The notes beneath the pieces are model-generated. The model saw only the letters and a list, made by a program, of their open reading frames with translations. It was not told where the DNA came from and searched no databases. Below are positions 30,299 to 40,749 of a DNA stretch of 64,000 bases, piece after piece (position 1 is the first letter of the stretch; each line of letters starts with the position of its first letter). The position numbers and the translations under genes are program-made. The stretch lies in NCBI GenBank assembly GCA_013540605.1, contig JABVCK010000029.1, positions 257,022-321,021 on the forward strand. Direction: 5' to 3'. The DNA is from Bacillota bacterium (GTDB lineage: Bacteria; Bacillota; Clostridia; Ch29).

Positions 30299-31114
30299 CT
30301 ATACCGAACAGGCGAGGGCGGTTATAGTTCTAAAGGCCCTGTAGGCGGTAATAACATCCGGAGCAGTATAGGCGACTGTATTGGCTCCGGTTCTTTCTAT
30401 TCCGGGCATTATTTCGGCTTCGTCCGCCATACCGCTGTTCATCAGTGTGACTTCCATATGAACCGGCTCTACGGCCTTTACGGGCAGCATCCGGTCTTTA
30501 TTCTGAATCGCCGATTGTGCCGCTTCTTCTATCAACGCACAGGCTCTTTCAGGATGCATGCACAGGGCTGAGTACCTTCCCCTGGCCTTCTTTACTGTAA
30601 CAGCCTGGATACCCGTAACCATCGCTTCAGCCTCACAGGTAAGCTGGTCGTCGCCCGTTGCCATTAGAACGGGTACATTGTAATGGCCGGCAATATAGCA
30701 ATTGAGGCCGAATTCCCCTATATCCGTCCCGTTAATCTTCAGGTTATACACCGACCTGCTGCTGTACGTGTGATTCAGCACCCCACGGGTATTAATCCTC
30801 GAGTGGTAGCCTATCAGCAATACCCCGTCAAAGGTGTCGTCCAGTCCCTCCATCATGCTGTTAAGCTTCGGGTAGCCCGATATTAAAACAGCCTCGGGGT
30901 GAAGGTCTTCAATAACTATGTTTGTCATTTTGTTGTGGGAGTCATTAACAATCACTTCAGAAGCCCCGGCCTTTAGAGCGCCTCTTATTGCCGCGTTAAC
31001 CTCTCCCGTCATTAAGCTTCTTGCCCGGTGGTAGTCGTACCCGGATTCCGATGTGCAGTCCCAGTTGACGATACCGCATATTCCTTCCATATCCACTGAA
31101 ATATAAATTTTCAA
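30299..31114 (-). CDS. dppA: M55-family D-aminopeptidase
   Basis: ISVDMEGI, VNDSH, IGYHSR, LNHTY, IGEFG. Confidence 0.92.
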   Translation of the reverse strand: MKIYISVDMEGICGIVNWDCTSESGYDYHRARSLMTGEVNAAIRGALKAGASEVIVNDSHNKMTNIVIEDLHPEAVLISGYPKLNSMMEGLDDTFDGVLLIGYHSRINTRGVLNHTYSSRSVYNLKINGTDIGEFGLNCYIAGHYNVPVLMATGDDQLTCEAEAMVTGIQAVTVKKARGRYSALCMHPERACALIEEAAQSAIQNKDRMLPVKAVEPVHMEVTLMNSGMADEAEIMPGIERTGANTVAYTAPDVITAYRAFRTITALACSV

Positions 31115-31244
31115 CAGGCAGACCTCCTTTTTACCCTTTATAAAACTATTATAACAGGTTTGTTGGATTAATTTGCTTCATCTATTAAAAATAAGTAAAA
31201 TGTAATATAATAAATGCTATGAGAAATATCGGAGGAAATGTTTT

Positions 31245-31946
31245 ATGGAGAGCTTACAAGAGAAAAACCACAACCCTGTCCTTCCGGCAAAACCGCCGGA
31301 TGAGCTGATACCCGAGGGATACAGGAAAAAGGTGCTGGTGATGTGGTTCAGTTTTTTTGGCGTGCTTTTCGGGATTGCAAATATGGGAGGAGCGCTGGGC
31401 TTTGTTCTGCCGGTATCCCTGATAATCCTTGCGGCGGATTTGATTCTGATAGTGTTTGGGCGGGTCAAGGACAGGCCCGTATGGTTATATAAGGAGGCCT
31501 ATGAAGGCTTCAGCAGGAGGAGATATGATAAGGCTTTAAAGAAACTGGAAGAGATAGTGCGGCTGAGACCTGATATGGAAGGCAGGCTCCTACCTGCTTT
31601 GATGGTATGCAGGAGCAGGACGCGGGATATCGAAAAAGCTCAAGCTGACATGCAAAAGCTATTCTCAGGCGGCATGATAGGCAGTGATACAAGTCCACTT
31701 TTGCTTATTGAAGCGCTTTGTTTGTTAAGGATAGCAAAGGATTGGAGCAGGGTTATTGAAGTAGCAGGCTATATTCCCCAGGACAGACTGTACGGGGATT
31801 ATTACAAATATTATATGGGTATAGCATTAGCCGAAACCGCAGACACGGAGAAGGCGGCTGAATACCTGGAATCCATTGAGGAGAAGTATAGATTCCCCGA
31901 CCTGAAGGCATATTTGGACAGGGACAGTACTGATCAGAGGATGTAG
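31245..31946 (+). CDS. Membrane protein with TPR-like repeats
   Basis: Two N-terminal TM segments; TPR-like helical pairs. Confidence 0.7.
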   Translation: MESLQEKNHNPVLPAKPPDELIPEGYRKKVLVMWFSFFGVLFGIANMGGALGFVLPVSLIILAADLILIVFGRVKDRPVWLYKEAYEGFSRRRYDKALKKLEEIVRLRPDMEGRLLPALMVCRSRTRDIEKAQADMQKLFSGGMIGSDTSPLLLIEALCLLRIAKDWSRVIEVAGYIPQDRLYGDYYKYYMGIALAETADTEKAAEYLESIEEKYRFPDLKAYLDRDSTDQRM

Positions 31947-31986
31947 GGGGAGAAGCACGGGTCAATATAGGGTGGAGGTGTTTGAA

Positions 31987-33231
31987 ATGAGAAAAAAGAT
32001 ACTACCGGTGCTTTTACTGGCTGTAGCGCTAATGCTTTTAGGGTGCAGCAGGGACACTATGAAGGTAAGCACAGGAGAACTGGATTTTGAATTTATCGAT
32101 AACGCAAGCAAAAAATCTGCAGCCGGTATGGATCCAATGGTTCTGGATGTAAAACTGCTTGACGAGGATAAAAGCAGCATATATATAGGAGTTAACGTGC
32201 CTTTCAATTCATATATAAAAAATATTTTCATGGATGAGGGCGGAGAAATAACCATCGACCTGGATATGAAGCCCCAGATGGAGAATAAGGATCCTTTCCA
32301 ATCCCTGGCTCCCTCGGAAGTGTACATAATAAAATTAGACAAAGCATATAGGGGTGCCTTTCAGAGAGAGGGGTTAACCTTTACGGTTCAGTCAAACAAG
32401 ATGGATAGGGTGATCGATTACCAGTCAGCTCAGCTTCAAGCCTGGAACCATCTTGATACAGACTTTACCAGCACACTCAACTGCCTGGCTTTATATAATA
32501 AGGATAGTGAGCTGAGGCTCTCATATATCTTCTTTTTCGGGGATACGGAGAATATTAACAGGGCAGGGAACGAGCTTATAAGCGGTGTAATAGCCGTAGA
32601 CGCCTTGAACGGCCAGATGCTTGAATACAGGCTGTTTTCAAGGAAGAACCTGCCCGGCACCTTCCGATTTGCCAAAGGTTACACCGTAGAAGGATGGAAG
32701 GACCCGCTCACAATCATCGGCCGGGGAGCAGATGGGAATAGTTACTTCCTCATAGATATGCTGGGGAACCCTGAGCCCCTTAAGGAAGACAGGGCATTGG
32801 AGCTGATTGACAGTTATACGAACAGTACGGCTTCAATGGATGGATATAATCTGTTACAGGAAACCTCGGAAAATGATCTTGGGTTTATGTACACTGAAGA
32901 GGCGTTTGTGATGGAAAAAAGAACATCAAGGAAAATTCCCATTGTACTGCCCGAGAATTCATATATTGTCGGTGCGAAATGGGACAGGCAGGGGAAGAAT
33001 CTGTACTTTACAACGGAAATTGCTGAGCCCAGCTACGGCAATTTTTGGTCATATTATACATTGTGGAGTTTAAGCCTGATGGACGGCAGTTTAAAGGAGA
33101 TAACCAAACTGCCGGCGGGGGACTTCTACATCAATACCGACGGCTCTAAGCTGGCATATAACGGGCTTGAAGGAGATTTGTTCATACTGGATTTAAAGAA
33201 CATGGATAAGGCAGACAGAATACTTAAGTGA
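31987..33231 (+). CDS. Hypothetical lipoprotein (possible C-terminal beta-propeller)
   Basis: LLGC lipobox; WDRQGKNLYF and DGSKLAY repeats. Confidence 0.75.
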   Translation: MRKKILPVLLLAVALMLLGCSRDTMKVSTGELDFEFIDNASKKSAAGMDPMVLDVKLLDEDKSSIYIGVNVPFNSYIKNIFMDEGGEITIDLDMKPQMENKDPFQSLAPSEVYIIKLDKAYRGAFQREGLTFTVQSNKMDRVIDYQSAQLQAWNHLDTDFTSTLNCLALYNKDSELRLSYIFFFGDTENINRAGNELISGVIAVDALNGQMLEYRLFSRKNLPGTFRFAKGYTVEGWKDPLTIIGRGADGNSYFLIDMLGNPEPLKEDRALELIDSYTNSTASMDGYNLLQETSENDLGFMYTEEAFVMEKRTSRKIPIVLPENSYIVGAKWDRQGKNLYFTTEIAEPSYGNFWSYYTLWSLSLMDGSLKEITKLPAGDFYINTDGSKLAYNGLEGDLFILDLKNMDKADRILK

Positions 33232-33251
33232 GCATAGCAGAATATAAATGC

Positions 33252-33277
33252 AAAAATTGCCCTGCAGGGCAATTTTT
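33252..33277. terminator. Perfect 26-bp palindrome / terminator
   Basis: AAAAATTGCCCTG|CAGGGCAATTTTT. Confidence 0.65.
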
Positions 33278-33324
33278 ACTGTGAAAAAATCAAATAATAA
33301 GTATAATGTAGGATAAGGACTGGT

Positions 33325-34452
33325 GTGCAAATGAGTATTAAAGGAAACGTAAGAGTCGATAAAAAAACGAAAAACCTGGTAAAGCGGTTGTGCCCTGGGG
33401 AAATTGCGCTTATCTGTCACAGGGACCTCGACGAGTTAGGCGCCCTTTCTTTGATTAATGCGAGGGTGAAGGCTGTTGTAAATGCAGATATATCCATAAG
33501 CGGTAAATACCCGAACCTTGGGCCGGAACTCCTGTGCAAGGAGGGTATACCCTTAATCGACGGTGTTGGCCTTCATATAATGAATCAGGTAAAGGAAGGC
33601 GACATCTTGGAGATTTGCGGGGGAGACATACTGAAGCACGGAGAAATTATCGGAAGCGGAACTGTCCTGGATGCGGAGAGCGTAAGGGAAATGATGAACA
33701 GAGCAAGGGACAACATAGAAAAGGAACTGGATAGTTTTATTGACAATACCCTTGAATACGCAAAAAGGGAAAAGAGATTCATACTTGGACAGATCGAAAT
33801 GCCTCATATAAATACAAGGGTTAAGGGAAGACACGCCCTTGTTGTCGTTAGGGGAAGGGACTATAAGGTCGACTTAGGCGCTATAAGGTCATACATTGAG
33901 GAGGTCAAACCTGTACTGATAGGGGTGGACGGGGGAGCGGACGCCCTGATGGAGTTTGGATTGGTCCCGGATATTATAATAGGCGACATGGACAGCGTAA
34001 GCGACAGAGCCCTCAAGAGCTGTTCGGATATTATCGTTCATGCGTATGCCGATGGGAGGGCACCGGGATTAGACAGGGTGGAGGCCCTCGGCCTGAATGC
34101 GAGCATCCTTTCTATTCCCGGGACAAGCGAGGACATCGCCATGCTGCTTTCGTTTGAGAAGGGGGCTGAACTGATTGTAGCCGTGGGCACCCATTCAAAT
34201 ATGATAGATTTTCTTGAAAAGGGCCGCAGGGGTATGGCCAGTACTTTCCTGACGCGTTTAAAGGTTGGGAGCATTCTGGTCGACGCAAAGGGCGTCAACA
34301 AGCTTTACAGGGAGACAATTAAAGCGAAACATCTGGCCGGTCTTGTTGTGGCGGCAATGATTCCCGTATTGATTGTAGGATTTATGTCGCCTCCGCTTCA
34401 GCAGCTTGTAAAGCTGCTGGCGATTAGGATGAAATTGATCATGGGATTTTAA
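33325..34452 (+). CDS. steA: SteA-family protein (thiamine pyrophosphokinase-like, membrane anchored)
   Basis: KTKNLVKRL, SISGKYPNLGP, IGVDGGADAL, GDMDSVSD, GMASTFLTRLKVG. Confidence 0.88.
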   Translation: MQMSIKGNVRVDKKTKNLVKRLCPGEIALICHRDLDELGALSLINARVKAVVNADISISGKYPNLGPELLCKEGIPLIDGVGLHIMNQVKEGDILEICGGDILKHGEIIGSGTVLDAESVREMMNRARDNIEKELDSFIDNTLEYAKREKRFILGQIEMPHINTRVKGRHALVVVRGRDYKVDLGAIRSYIEEVKPVLIGVDGGADALMEFGLVPDIIIGDMDSVSDRALKSCSDIIVHAYADGRAPGLDRVEALGLNASILSIPGTSEDIAMLLSFEKGAELIVAVGTHSNMIDFLEKGRRGMASTFLTRLKVGSILVDAKGVNKLYRETIKAKHLAGLVVAAMIPVLIVGFMSPPLQQLVKLLAIRMKLIMGF

Positions 34453-34466
34453 GGGAGTGTGTAAAA

Positions 34467-35348
34467 TTGATTATGAGTATGCGGTATTACCTTATTACTA
34501 TAGCCTCAATCTTTCTTGCCCTGGGGATTGGCATCTTCATCGGATTTACGCTGGATGGGCAGGAGATATTTGTAGAACAGCAGCAGAGCTTGATTAGTGA
34601 GCTTGAATACAGGTTCAGTGAGCTAAAGAACGAAAATGCCAGCATGAAAAAGATTGTTGATGCAAAGGAAGAAGAATTGATGCTCCACAGGGAATTTATT
34701 AATCAGGTGTTTCCCCGGCTGGTGGAAGGCCGGCTTGTCGGACAGAATGTTGCAATAGTTGAAAGCAGCGATGAATTCATATATACAGGTCTGATAACAT
34801 CGCTGAAAAGGGCTGGCGCGAATGTAGTGTCCGTCACATTTATAAAAGATGGCTTCATCAAGGGAGATGCGGAAAAAATCGGTATGGTGCTTCAAAAAAT
34901 CAACGAGGAATTGGAGCCGGAAAAATCACAGGAGTATCTGGTTAAAAGGCTTGTGAACGCAATTCTCACTCAGAAGGATAGGGAGTTTGTAGCGGCAATG
35001 AAAGAATTTCAACTGATAGAGGTATCAGGGGAGTACGATGCACCGGTGGATTACTTCATTATAGCAGGCGGAAGTACGACAGGCGGCGCAGGTAATATTG
35101 ACAAAATTGACATACCCATGATTTCTGCCGTAAAAAGCAGCAGCATACCGGTAGTGGGAGTCGAGAAGACCGATTGTTCGGATTCTTATATACCCCACTA
35201 TAAAAAAATGAAGATTTCCACAGTAGACAACATTGACAGTATCATCGGGCAATACTCTCTGATTATGATACTGCAGGGCAATGAAGGGCATTTTGGCGTG
35301 AAGGAAACTGCGGATTCCTTAACACCCGATGATTATAAGGTTAAATAG
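34467..35348 (+). CDS. SteB/MctB-like (DUF3186) protein
   Basis: RYYLITIASIFLALGIGIFIG N-terminus, coiled coil, ISTVDNID motif; follows steA. Confidence 0.85.
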   Translation: MIMSMRYYLITIASIFLALGIGIFIGFTLDGQEIFVEQQQSLISELEYRFSELKNENASMKKIVDAKEEELMLHREFINQVFPRLVEGRLVGQNVAIVESSDEFIYTGLITSLKRAGANVVSVTFIKDGFIKGDAEKIGMVLQKINEELEPEKSQEYLVKRLVNAILTQKDREFVAAMKEFQLIEVSGEYDAPVDYFIIAGGSTTGGAGNIDKIDIPMISAVKSSSIPVVGVEKTDCSDSYIPHYKKMKISTVDNIDSIIGQYSLIMILQGNEGHFGVKETADSLTPDDYKVK

Positions 35349-35358
35349 GGTGGTTGAG

Positions 35359-36042
35359 ATGAAGGACAGTGTAACAGTAATTATTCCGGCGTACAATGAG
35401 GAGCTGGCCATAGGGGATACGATAGATGGCCTCAAAAGCACCGGCCTTGTGGAAACTATACTTGTAATAGACGACGGGTCGAAGGATAGAACGGGGAATA
35501 TTGCAAAAGAGCATGGAGCGAAAGTAATAAAACTCGAAACAAACATGGGTAAGGGTCATGCCTTGAACCTCGGGGTTAAAATAGCCAATACCGAAATAAT
35601 AGCCTTTGTTGATGCTGATTTGGGGATGTCATCCTCTGAAATAAAAAAACTGATAGTTCCGGTTGCTGAAGGAAGAGCGGATGTTGCAATAGCACAGTTT
35701 CCGCCGGCAAAGAGAAAGGGTGGTTTCGGGTTGGTTAAGCGGCTGGCCCGGCATACTGTCAAAAGGTTTGCCGGTGCGGAGATAAATGCATGCCTATCGG
35801 GTCAAAGAGTATTTCGCAAGGAGGTACTCGATAGCATCGGCCCGATACCCGGGGGATATGCCGCAGAGGTCGGCATCAATATCCGTGTGCTGAAAAAAGG
35901 TTTCCGGATCGAAGAAGTACCGGTTTTTATGACGCATCATGAAACCGGGAGAGACATCAGGGGTTTTATTCACAGAGGGAAGCAGTTTGTTGATATTATA
36001 AAGCTGTACATAGAGGCGGGTGTTGGCAAATGGCTATTCTAA
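35359..36042 (+). CDS. Glycosyltransferase family 2
   Basis: IIPAYNEE, IDDGSKD, FVDAD. Confidence 0.92.
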   Translation: MKDSVTVIIPAYNEELAIGDTIDGLKSTGLVETILVIDDGSKDRTGNIAKEHGAKVIKLETNMGKGHALNLGVKIANTEIIAFVDADLGMSSSEIKKLIVPVAEGRADVAIAQFPPAKRKGGFGLVKRLARHTVKRFAGAEINACLSGQRVFRKEVLDSIGPIPGGYAAEVGINIRVLKKGFRIEEVPVFMTHHETGRDIRGFIHRGKQFVDIIKLYIEAGVGKWLF

Positions 36043-36866
36043 CCGTAGCCGTGACGGCGGCGTTAACAGCAGTAATGGTTCCCTTTGTGGTCACCATGCT
36101 GAAGGCTGCGGGAGCAGTACGGGGCAACTACCGGGGAGACCAGGTGCCGGTGAGTGTGGGAATAGTGTTTATACCTGCAATAATTACCGGCAGTTTCTTG
36201 ATTATGATAGTACATCCGGAGCATAAAGAGATCATGCTTCTGGGCATACTGGGCGCAGCGGTAATGGGGTTTGTGGGCATCATCGACGACCTGCTGGGCT
36301 CACGGAGTGTCCTGGGCTTTAAGGGGCACCTGAAAAGCCTGCTGGAGGGAAGACTGACAACCGGCGGGTTCAAGGCGATAATTGGCGGGATTGTGGCAGC
36401 GTCAATATCCATATACATTTCCACAGGCGCGGGCGAGTGGATACTGAACGTTTTGGTTATTGCCCTGTTTACAAATCTGTTGAATTTGTCGGATTTGAGA
36501 CCGGGAAGGGCTATAAAGCTTTTTTTTATGCTGTGGTTTATTTCATTCATTCCGGCGTTTAACCAGGAATACAGGTTCCTGCTTTACCCCCTTATAGGCG
36601 GAATACTCGCATACATGCCCACAGACATAAAGGCAAAGGGAATGATGGGTGATGTGGGATCAAATGTGCTGGGAATAGCTATGGGCTTGTACTACTGTCT
36701 TATCAGCTCTGTCTATCTGAGAATGGTGATACTTGTGATACTGGTATTTTTGCAGCTGGTGGGGGAAAGGTATTCCTTTACAGCAATTATTGACCGTAAC
36801 AGAATACTGAGCTTTATTGACGGGTTAGGCAGGGGGAAGGTGGGAGGTTATAATGATAAGGACTAG
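36030..36866 (+). CDS. MraY/WecA-like (glycosyltransferase family 4) membrane protein
   Basis: GIIDD, NLLNLSDLRPGR, MMGDVGSN; multiple TM segments. Confidence 0.85.
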   Translation: MAILTVAVTAALTAVMVPFVVTMLKAAGAVRGNYRGDQVPVSVGIVFIPAIITGSFLIMIVHPEHKEIMLLGILGAAVMGFVGIIDDLLGSRSVLGFKGHLKSLLEGRLTTGGFKAIIGGIVAASISIYISTGAGEWILNVLVIALFTNLLNLSDLRPGRAIKLFFMLWFISFIPAFNQEYRFLLYPLIGGILAYMPTDIKAKGMMGDVGSNVLGIAMGLYYCLISSVYLRMVILVILVFLQLVGERYSFTAIIDRNRILSFIDGLGRGKVGGYNDKD

Positions 36867-37926
36867 AGTAGGCACGGTAAAGAGGATAATCGCCGAAGCC
36901 CATGGGACACAACTGCTTGAAGTTGAAGTGGATGGGAAGGACGATAAGGCAATATCCTATTTGGGTTTGACGGGAAAGGTGCAGATAGGAAACAGGCTAT
37001 TGCTTAACACAACAGCCTCTTATCTGGGTTTGGGCACGGGAGGATATCACTTTGTAATGGCAAATTACGACAGCCCTGCTGCGGATCTGCATGGTAAGGG
37101 GCATATAATGAAGCTGAGATATACGCCCCTGCAGGGAAAATGCTTGGCTGTTGAGGAGCAGCAGAGCGAATGGCATGAAAGGATTAAGGCATTCGGAGGG
37201 CTCAGGGGGACCCCGGTTTTGACCGTGGGCCTGCATAGTATGCTGCCGCCTTTATGCGCTGCTATAAAAATCTTGAAACCGGATAAGAGAATCGGATATG
37301 TTATGACGGACGGGGCGGCCCTGCCTATGGCATTCAGCGATGCGGTAGCGGAACTGAAAGAAAAATCCCTCATTGAGACGGCGGTATCCGCCGGAAATGC
37401 TTTCGGAGGGGACCTGGAAGCGGTTAATTTTTTTACCGGAATAATTGCTGCAAGGGAGGCTGCCGGGTGTGATATTATCATTGTCGGTATGGGTCCCGGG
37501 ATAGTAGGAACAGGAACCAAGTACGGTTTTTCCGGAATTGAACAGGGTTACATAATAGATGGAATAAATACCCTCGGGGGCTTGCCCATTACCGTTCCAC
37601 GGGTCAGTTTTGCAGACATGAGAAACAGGCACCGGGGCATCAGTCACCATACGATCACAGTGCTTACGGAGATTGCAAAGACGCGTTCGGTGCTGCCGCT
37701 GCCAGTAATTGAGGATGAAAAACTGAGATGCCTGAAGGAGCAGGTAACCCTCCACGGAATTGATAAAAAGCACAGGGTTTTGTTCAGGGAGGGCGACCTG
37801 GTGTTTGATGCGGTGGAAGAATACGGTTTGCAGGTGACAACAATGGGTAGAGGGATAAAAGATGACCCGGACTATTTCAAAGCTGTAGGCTCAGCTGCTG
37901 TGTACTGCTGTGAATATGCTCAATAA
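36853..37926 (+). CDS. DUF3866-family protein
   Basis: LGTGGYHFV, GHIMKLRYTPLQ, MTDGAALP, GMGPGIVGTG. Confidence 0.8.
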   Translation: MIRTRVGTVKRIIAEAHGTQLLEVEVDGKDDKAISYLGLTGKVQIGNRLLLNTTASYLGLGTGGYHFVMANYDSPAADLHGKGHIMKLRYTPLQGKCLAVEEQQSEWHERIKAFGGLRGTPVLTVGLHSMLPPLCAAIKILKPDKRIGYVMTDGAALPMAFSDAVAELKEKSLIETAVSAGNAFGGDLEAVNFFTGIIAAREAAGCDIIIVGMGPGIVGTGTKYGFSGIEQGYIIDGINTLGGLPITVPRVSFADMRNRHRGISHHTITVLTEIAKTRSVLPLPVIEDEKLRCLKEQVTLHGIDKKHRVLFREGDLVFDAVEEYGLQVTTMGRGIKDDPDYFKAVGSAAVYCCEYAQ

Positions 37927-38051
37927 CTTTTTTGTTTCTCCAGGTATTCCTGCAGGGAAGAGTTATCCCTGCATATTATATACAGGTAGTCCAGAATCTC
38001 ATGAATTTTTCCTACAAGGTACAGGCTATTGGGGGTTGTAACTTTGTACAT
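37920..38051 (-). CDS. mciZ: MciZ-like small FtsZ-inhibitor protein (43 aa), not in the ORF track
   Basis: MYKVTTPNSLYLVGKIHEILDYLYIICRDNSSLQEYLEKQKSY; GGAGAGG RBS; divergent from nudF. Confidence 0.75.
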   Translation of the reverse strand: MYKVTTPNSLYLVGKIHEILDYLYIICRDNSSLQEYLEKQKSY

Positions 38052-38136
38052 GACATCCTCTCCTGACTCCAAATAGTATCATGTAATAATGTATTCAGGT
38101 TTGAAAAGATTATTCGTATTTGAAAGGGGAAATAAG

Positions 38137-38712
38137 ATGGAAAGGACGATTGAAAGCAAAGAGATTTATAGAGGCAGGATAATCAACCTGAGGGTTGATA
38201 AAGTATCCCTGGAGAACGGAAATACTGCAACCAGGGAAATCGTTGAACATCCGGGAGCGGTATGTATTGCCGCCGTAAAAGATGACAATACTCTTATTTT
38301 TGTAAAGCAGTATAGAAAAGCGGTGGAAGATATGCTTTTGGAACTGCCGGCCGGAAAACTTGAGGATGGTGAAGAACCTGAGGAGTGCGCAAGAAGGGAA
38401 CTCATGGAAGAAACCGGTTACAGGGCAGACAGGGTTAATTATATGTTCAGCTTTTATACTTCTCCCGGATTTGCAAACGAGGCCATGCATCTTTTCTATG
38501 CATCCGGCCTCCAACCCGGCTGTGACAATCAGGATGATGATGAGATGGTTGAGGTTGTGGAGATAGGTATGGACAAAGCACTGGAAATGGCTGTGTCCGG
38601 AGAGATAATGGATGCAAAAACCCTGGTTGGGGTTCTGGCGGTAGCAAGCCTGGGAATGGGTGCAGAAAAAATTCGTCTGACTGGGACCGGCAGGCTGGAG
38701 ACTAAGGAGTAA
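38137..38712 (+). CDS. nudF: ADP-ribose pyrophosphatase (NUDIX)
   Basis: REIVEHPGAV, ELPAGKLEDGE...RELMEETG, SPGF, DAKT. Confidence 0.9.
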   Translation: MERTIESKEIYRGRIINLRVDKVSLENGNTATREIVEHPGAVCIAAVKDDNTLIFVKQYRKAVEDMLLELPAGKLEDGEEPEECARRELMEETGYRADRVNYMFSFYTSPGFANEAMHLFYASGLQPGCDNQDDDEMVEVVEIGMDKALEMAVSGEIMDAKTLVGVLAVASLGMGAEKIRLTGTGRLETKE

Positions 38713-38828
38713 AGGGGAGGGGTTTACGGCAGGATGGCAAAAGATATGGAATAATGGAAGGTAGACGGGCATAACATTTACTAGTATAAGACTGGCTAAA
38801 GGTTATGCCCGGAGGTGTTTTTGGGGTG

Positions 38829-39470
38829 ATGTTAAAAAAGGCGATTTTAAAACATATGAAGAGCAACCTGCTGCTTTATTTTATCGTCTTTGTATTTTTT
38901 GTGGGTGGTGTAGCTGCCGGGGCATTTACCGTAGATGCATTGTCAATAACTCAGAGGGAAGAACTCGTCATTTACTTTCAGGGATTTTTCAATGTGTTGG
39001 ATGAAGGGCCTGTACCTTCGGCAGCCGTATTCAAACAATCGCTGAAAAACAACTTTCAGATAGTTGCCTTGAATTGGGTGCTGGGAGTGACGGTAATAGG
39101 CATCCCCGTCATATTGCTTATGGTGGGGCTTAAAGGCTTTGTTATCGGTTTCTCCGTTGGCTTTCTGGCAGAGGAGATGGGCTTCAAAGGCCTGTTTTTT
39201 GCCCTTGCGGCAATTCTCCCGCAAAACATACTACTGGTTCCTTCAATAATCATAAGCGGGGTGTTGGGCATTTCTTTTTCCACTGCAATAATCAAGAGAA
39301 GAAAAGCAAGGCATAAGAAAAGCCTGGCAAGTGAGTTTACGGTTTATTCGCTCAACATGGCTGCAGTTGTGGTCATAGTGGCTGTGGGAGCTTTGATTGA
39401 GGGGTATGTGTCTCCGGTCTTTATGAAACTGTTTGCAAATTCTAGCTATGGACGTCAAATAATTTTGTAA
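38829..39470 (+). CDS. spoIIM: Stage II sporulation protein M
   Basis: LGVTVIGIPVIL, KGFVIGFSVGFL, LPQNILLVP, IEGYVSP; synteny. Confidence 0.92.
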   Translation: MLKKAILKHMKSNLLLYFIVFVFFVGGVAAGAFTVDALSITQREELVIYFQGFFNVLDEGPVPSAAVFKQSLKNNFQIVALNWVLGVTVIGIPVILLMVGLKGFVIGFSVGFLAEEMGFKGLFFALAAILPQNILLVPSIIISGVLGISFSTAIIKRRKARHKKSLASEFTVYSLNMAAVVVIVAVGALIEGYVSPVFMKLFANSSYGRQIIL

Positions 39471-39597
39471 CACTTGTTTGAAATTTTGTGTTGGTTATTG
39501 AAGGACAAGCTGGGGAGGTGTATAATAATATTTGGGCTGGAAATATTATCAATCAAGTAGTATTTCGGCTCAAATAAAACATAGGGGAGTGTGTTTT

Positions 39598-40713
39598 ATG
39601 ATTATTGGTGTACCAAAGGAGATCAAGGCCAATGAGAACAGGGTCGCTATTACCCCGGCCGGGGTAGAAGCCTTCGTCAGGGCCGGCCATGAGGTTGTGA
39701 TTGAGAAGTCGGCCGGAGTTGGAAGCGGTATAACTGACGAAGAGTATGCGGCAGCCGGTGCAAAAATGCTTGACAGCAACAAAGAAGTATTCGCCAAGGC
39801 TGACATGATTATGAAAGTAAAGGAACCACTACCGCCCGAATACAACCTCTTCAAAGAAAACCAGGTATTATTTACTTATCTGCATCTCGCTCCGGAACCC
39901 GAATTGACAGAAGCATTGCTGGATAAAAAAATAATAGGTATCGCGTATGAAACCGTGCAGCCAAACGACGGCTCGCTGCCTCTTCTCGCGCCTATGAGCG
40001 AGGTTGCAGGCAGAATGGCGGTGCAAATAGGCGCCAGGCTTCTTGAAAAGGTGTTCGGTGGAAGAGGCATGCTGTTGGGCGGCGTACCCGGTGTAGCACC
40101 GGCTAAGGTAGTTATCGTAGGGGGCGGAAATGTCGGCACCAACGCTGCTAAGATGGCAGTTGGCCTTGGCGCGGATGTAACTATCCTTGACATCAGCACA
40201 AAACGCCTTGCCTATCTGGATGACATTTTCGGCAATAAAGTAAAAACCCTTATGTCAAACAGCTATAATATAGCGCAGGCAGTGAAAGGTGCAGACCTGT
40301 TGGTTGGAGCGGTTCTCATACCAGGGGCAAAGACACCAAGGCTTGTGACTGAAGAAATGGTAAAAACTATGAATAAAGGCGGAGTAATTGTAGACGTCGC
40401 AATAGACCAGGGTGGCTCAATAGAGACTATTGACAGGGTAACAACCCATGAAAACCCCACTTACATAAAATACGATGTCGTTCACTATTCGGTGGCAAAT
40501 ATACCCGGTGGTGTACCAAGGACTTCCACATTCGCCCTTACAAATGCAACCCTGCCCTATGCGCTGAAGCTGGCCAACATGGGCGCAGAAGAAGCCATGA
40601 GGGCAGATGTGGCCCTTAAGAGAGGACTTAATGTGTACAAGGGTAAACTTACATTTAAGGCAGTGGCCGATGCCCATGGCCTCGAATATACCGATGCCGA
40701 CGAAGTTCTATAA
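39598..40713 (+). CDS. ald: Alanine dehydrogenase
   Basis: [34 protein letters not shown]. Confidence 0.97.
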   Translation: MIIGVPKEIKANENRVAITPAGVEAFVRAGHEVVIEKSAGVGSGITDEEYAAAGAKMLDSNKEVFAKADMIMKVKEPLPPEYNLFKENQVLFTYLHLAPEPELTEALLDKKIIGIAYETVQPNDGSLPLLAPMSEVAGRMAVQIGARLLEKVFGGRGMLLGGVPGVAPAKVVIVGGGNVGTNAAKMAVGLGADVTILDISTKRLAYLDDIFGNKVKTLMSNSYNIAQAVKGADLLVGAVLIPGAKTPRLVTEEMVKTMNKGGVIVDVAIDQGGSIETIDRVTTHENPTYIKYDVVHYSVANIPGGVPRTSTFALTNATLPYALKLANMGAEEAMRADVALKRGLNVYKGKLTFKAVADAHGLEYTDADEVL

Positions 40714-40719
40714 GGGTGA

Positions 40720-40749
40720 AAAGGCTTTCCTTCGGGAAGGCCTTTTTTT
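40720..40749 (+). terminator. Intrinsic terminator after ald
   Basis: AAAGGCTTTCC-TTCG-GGAAGGCCTTT followed by a T run. Confidence 0.8.
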
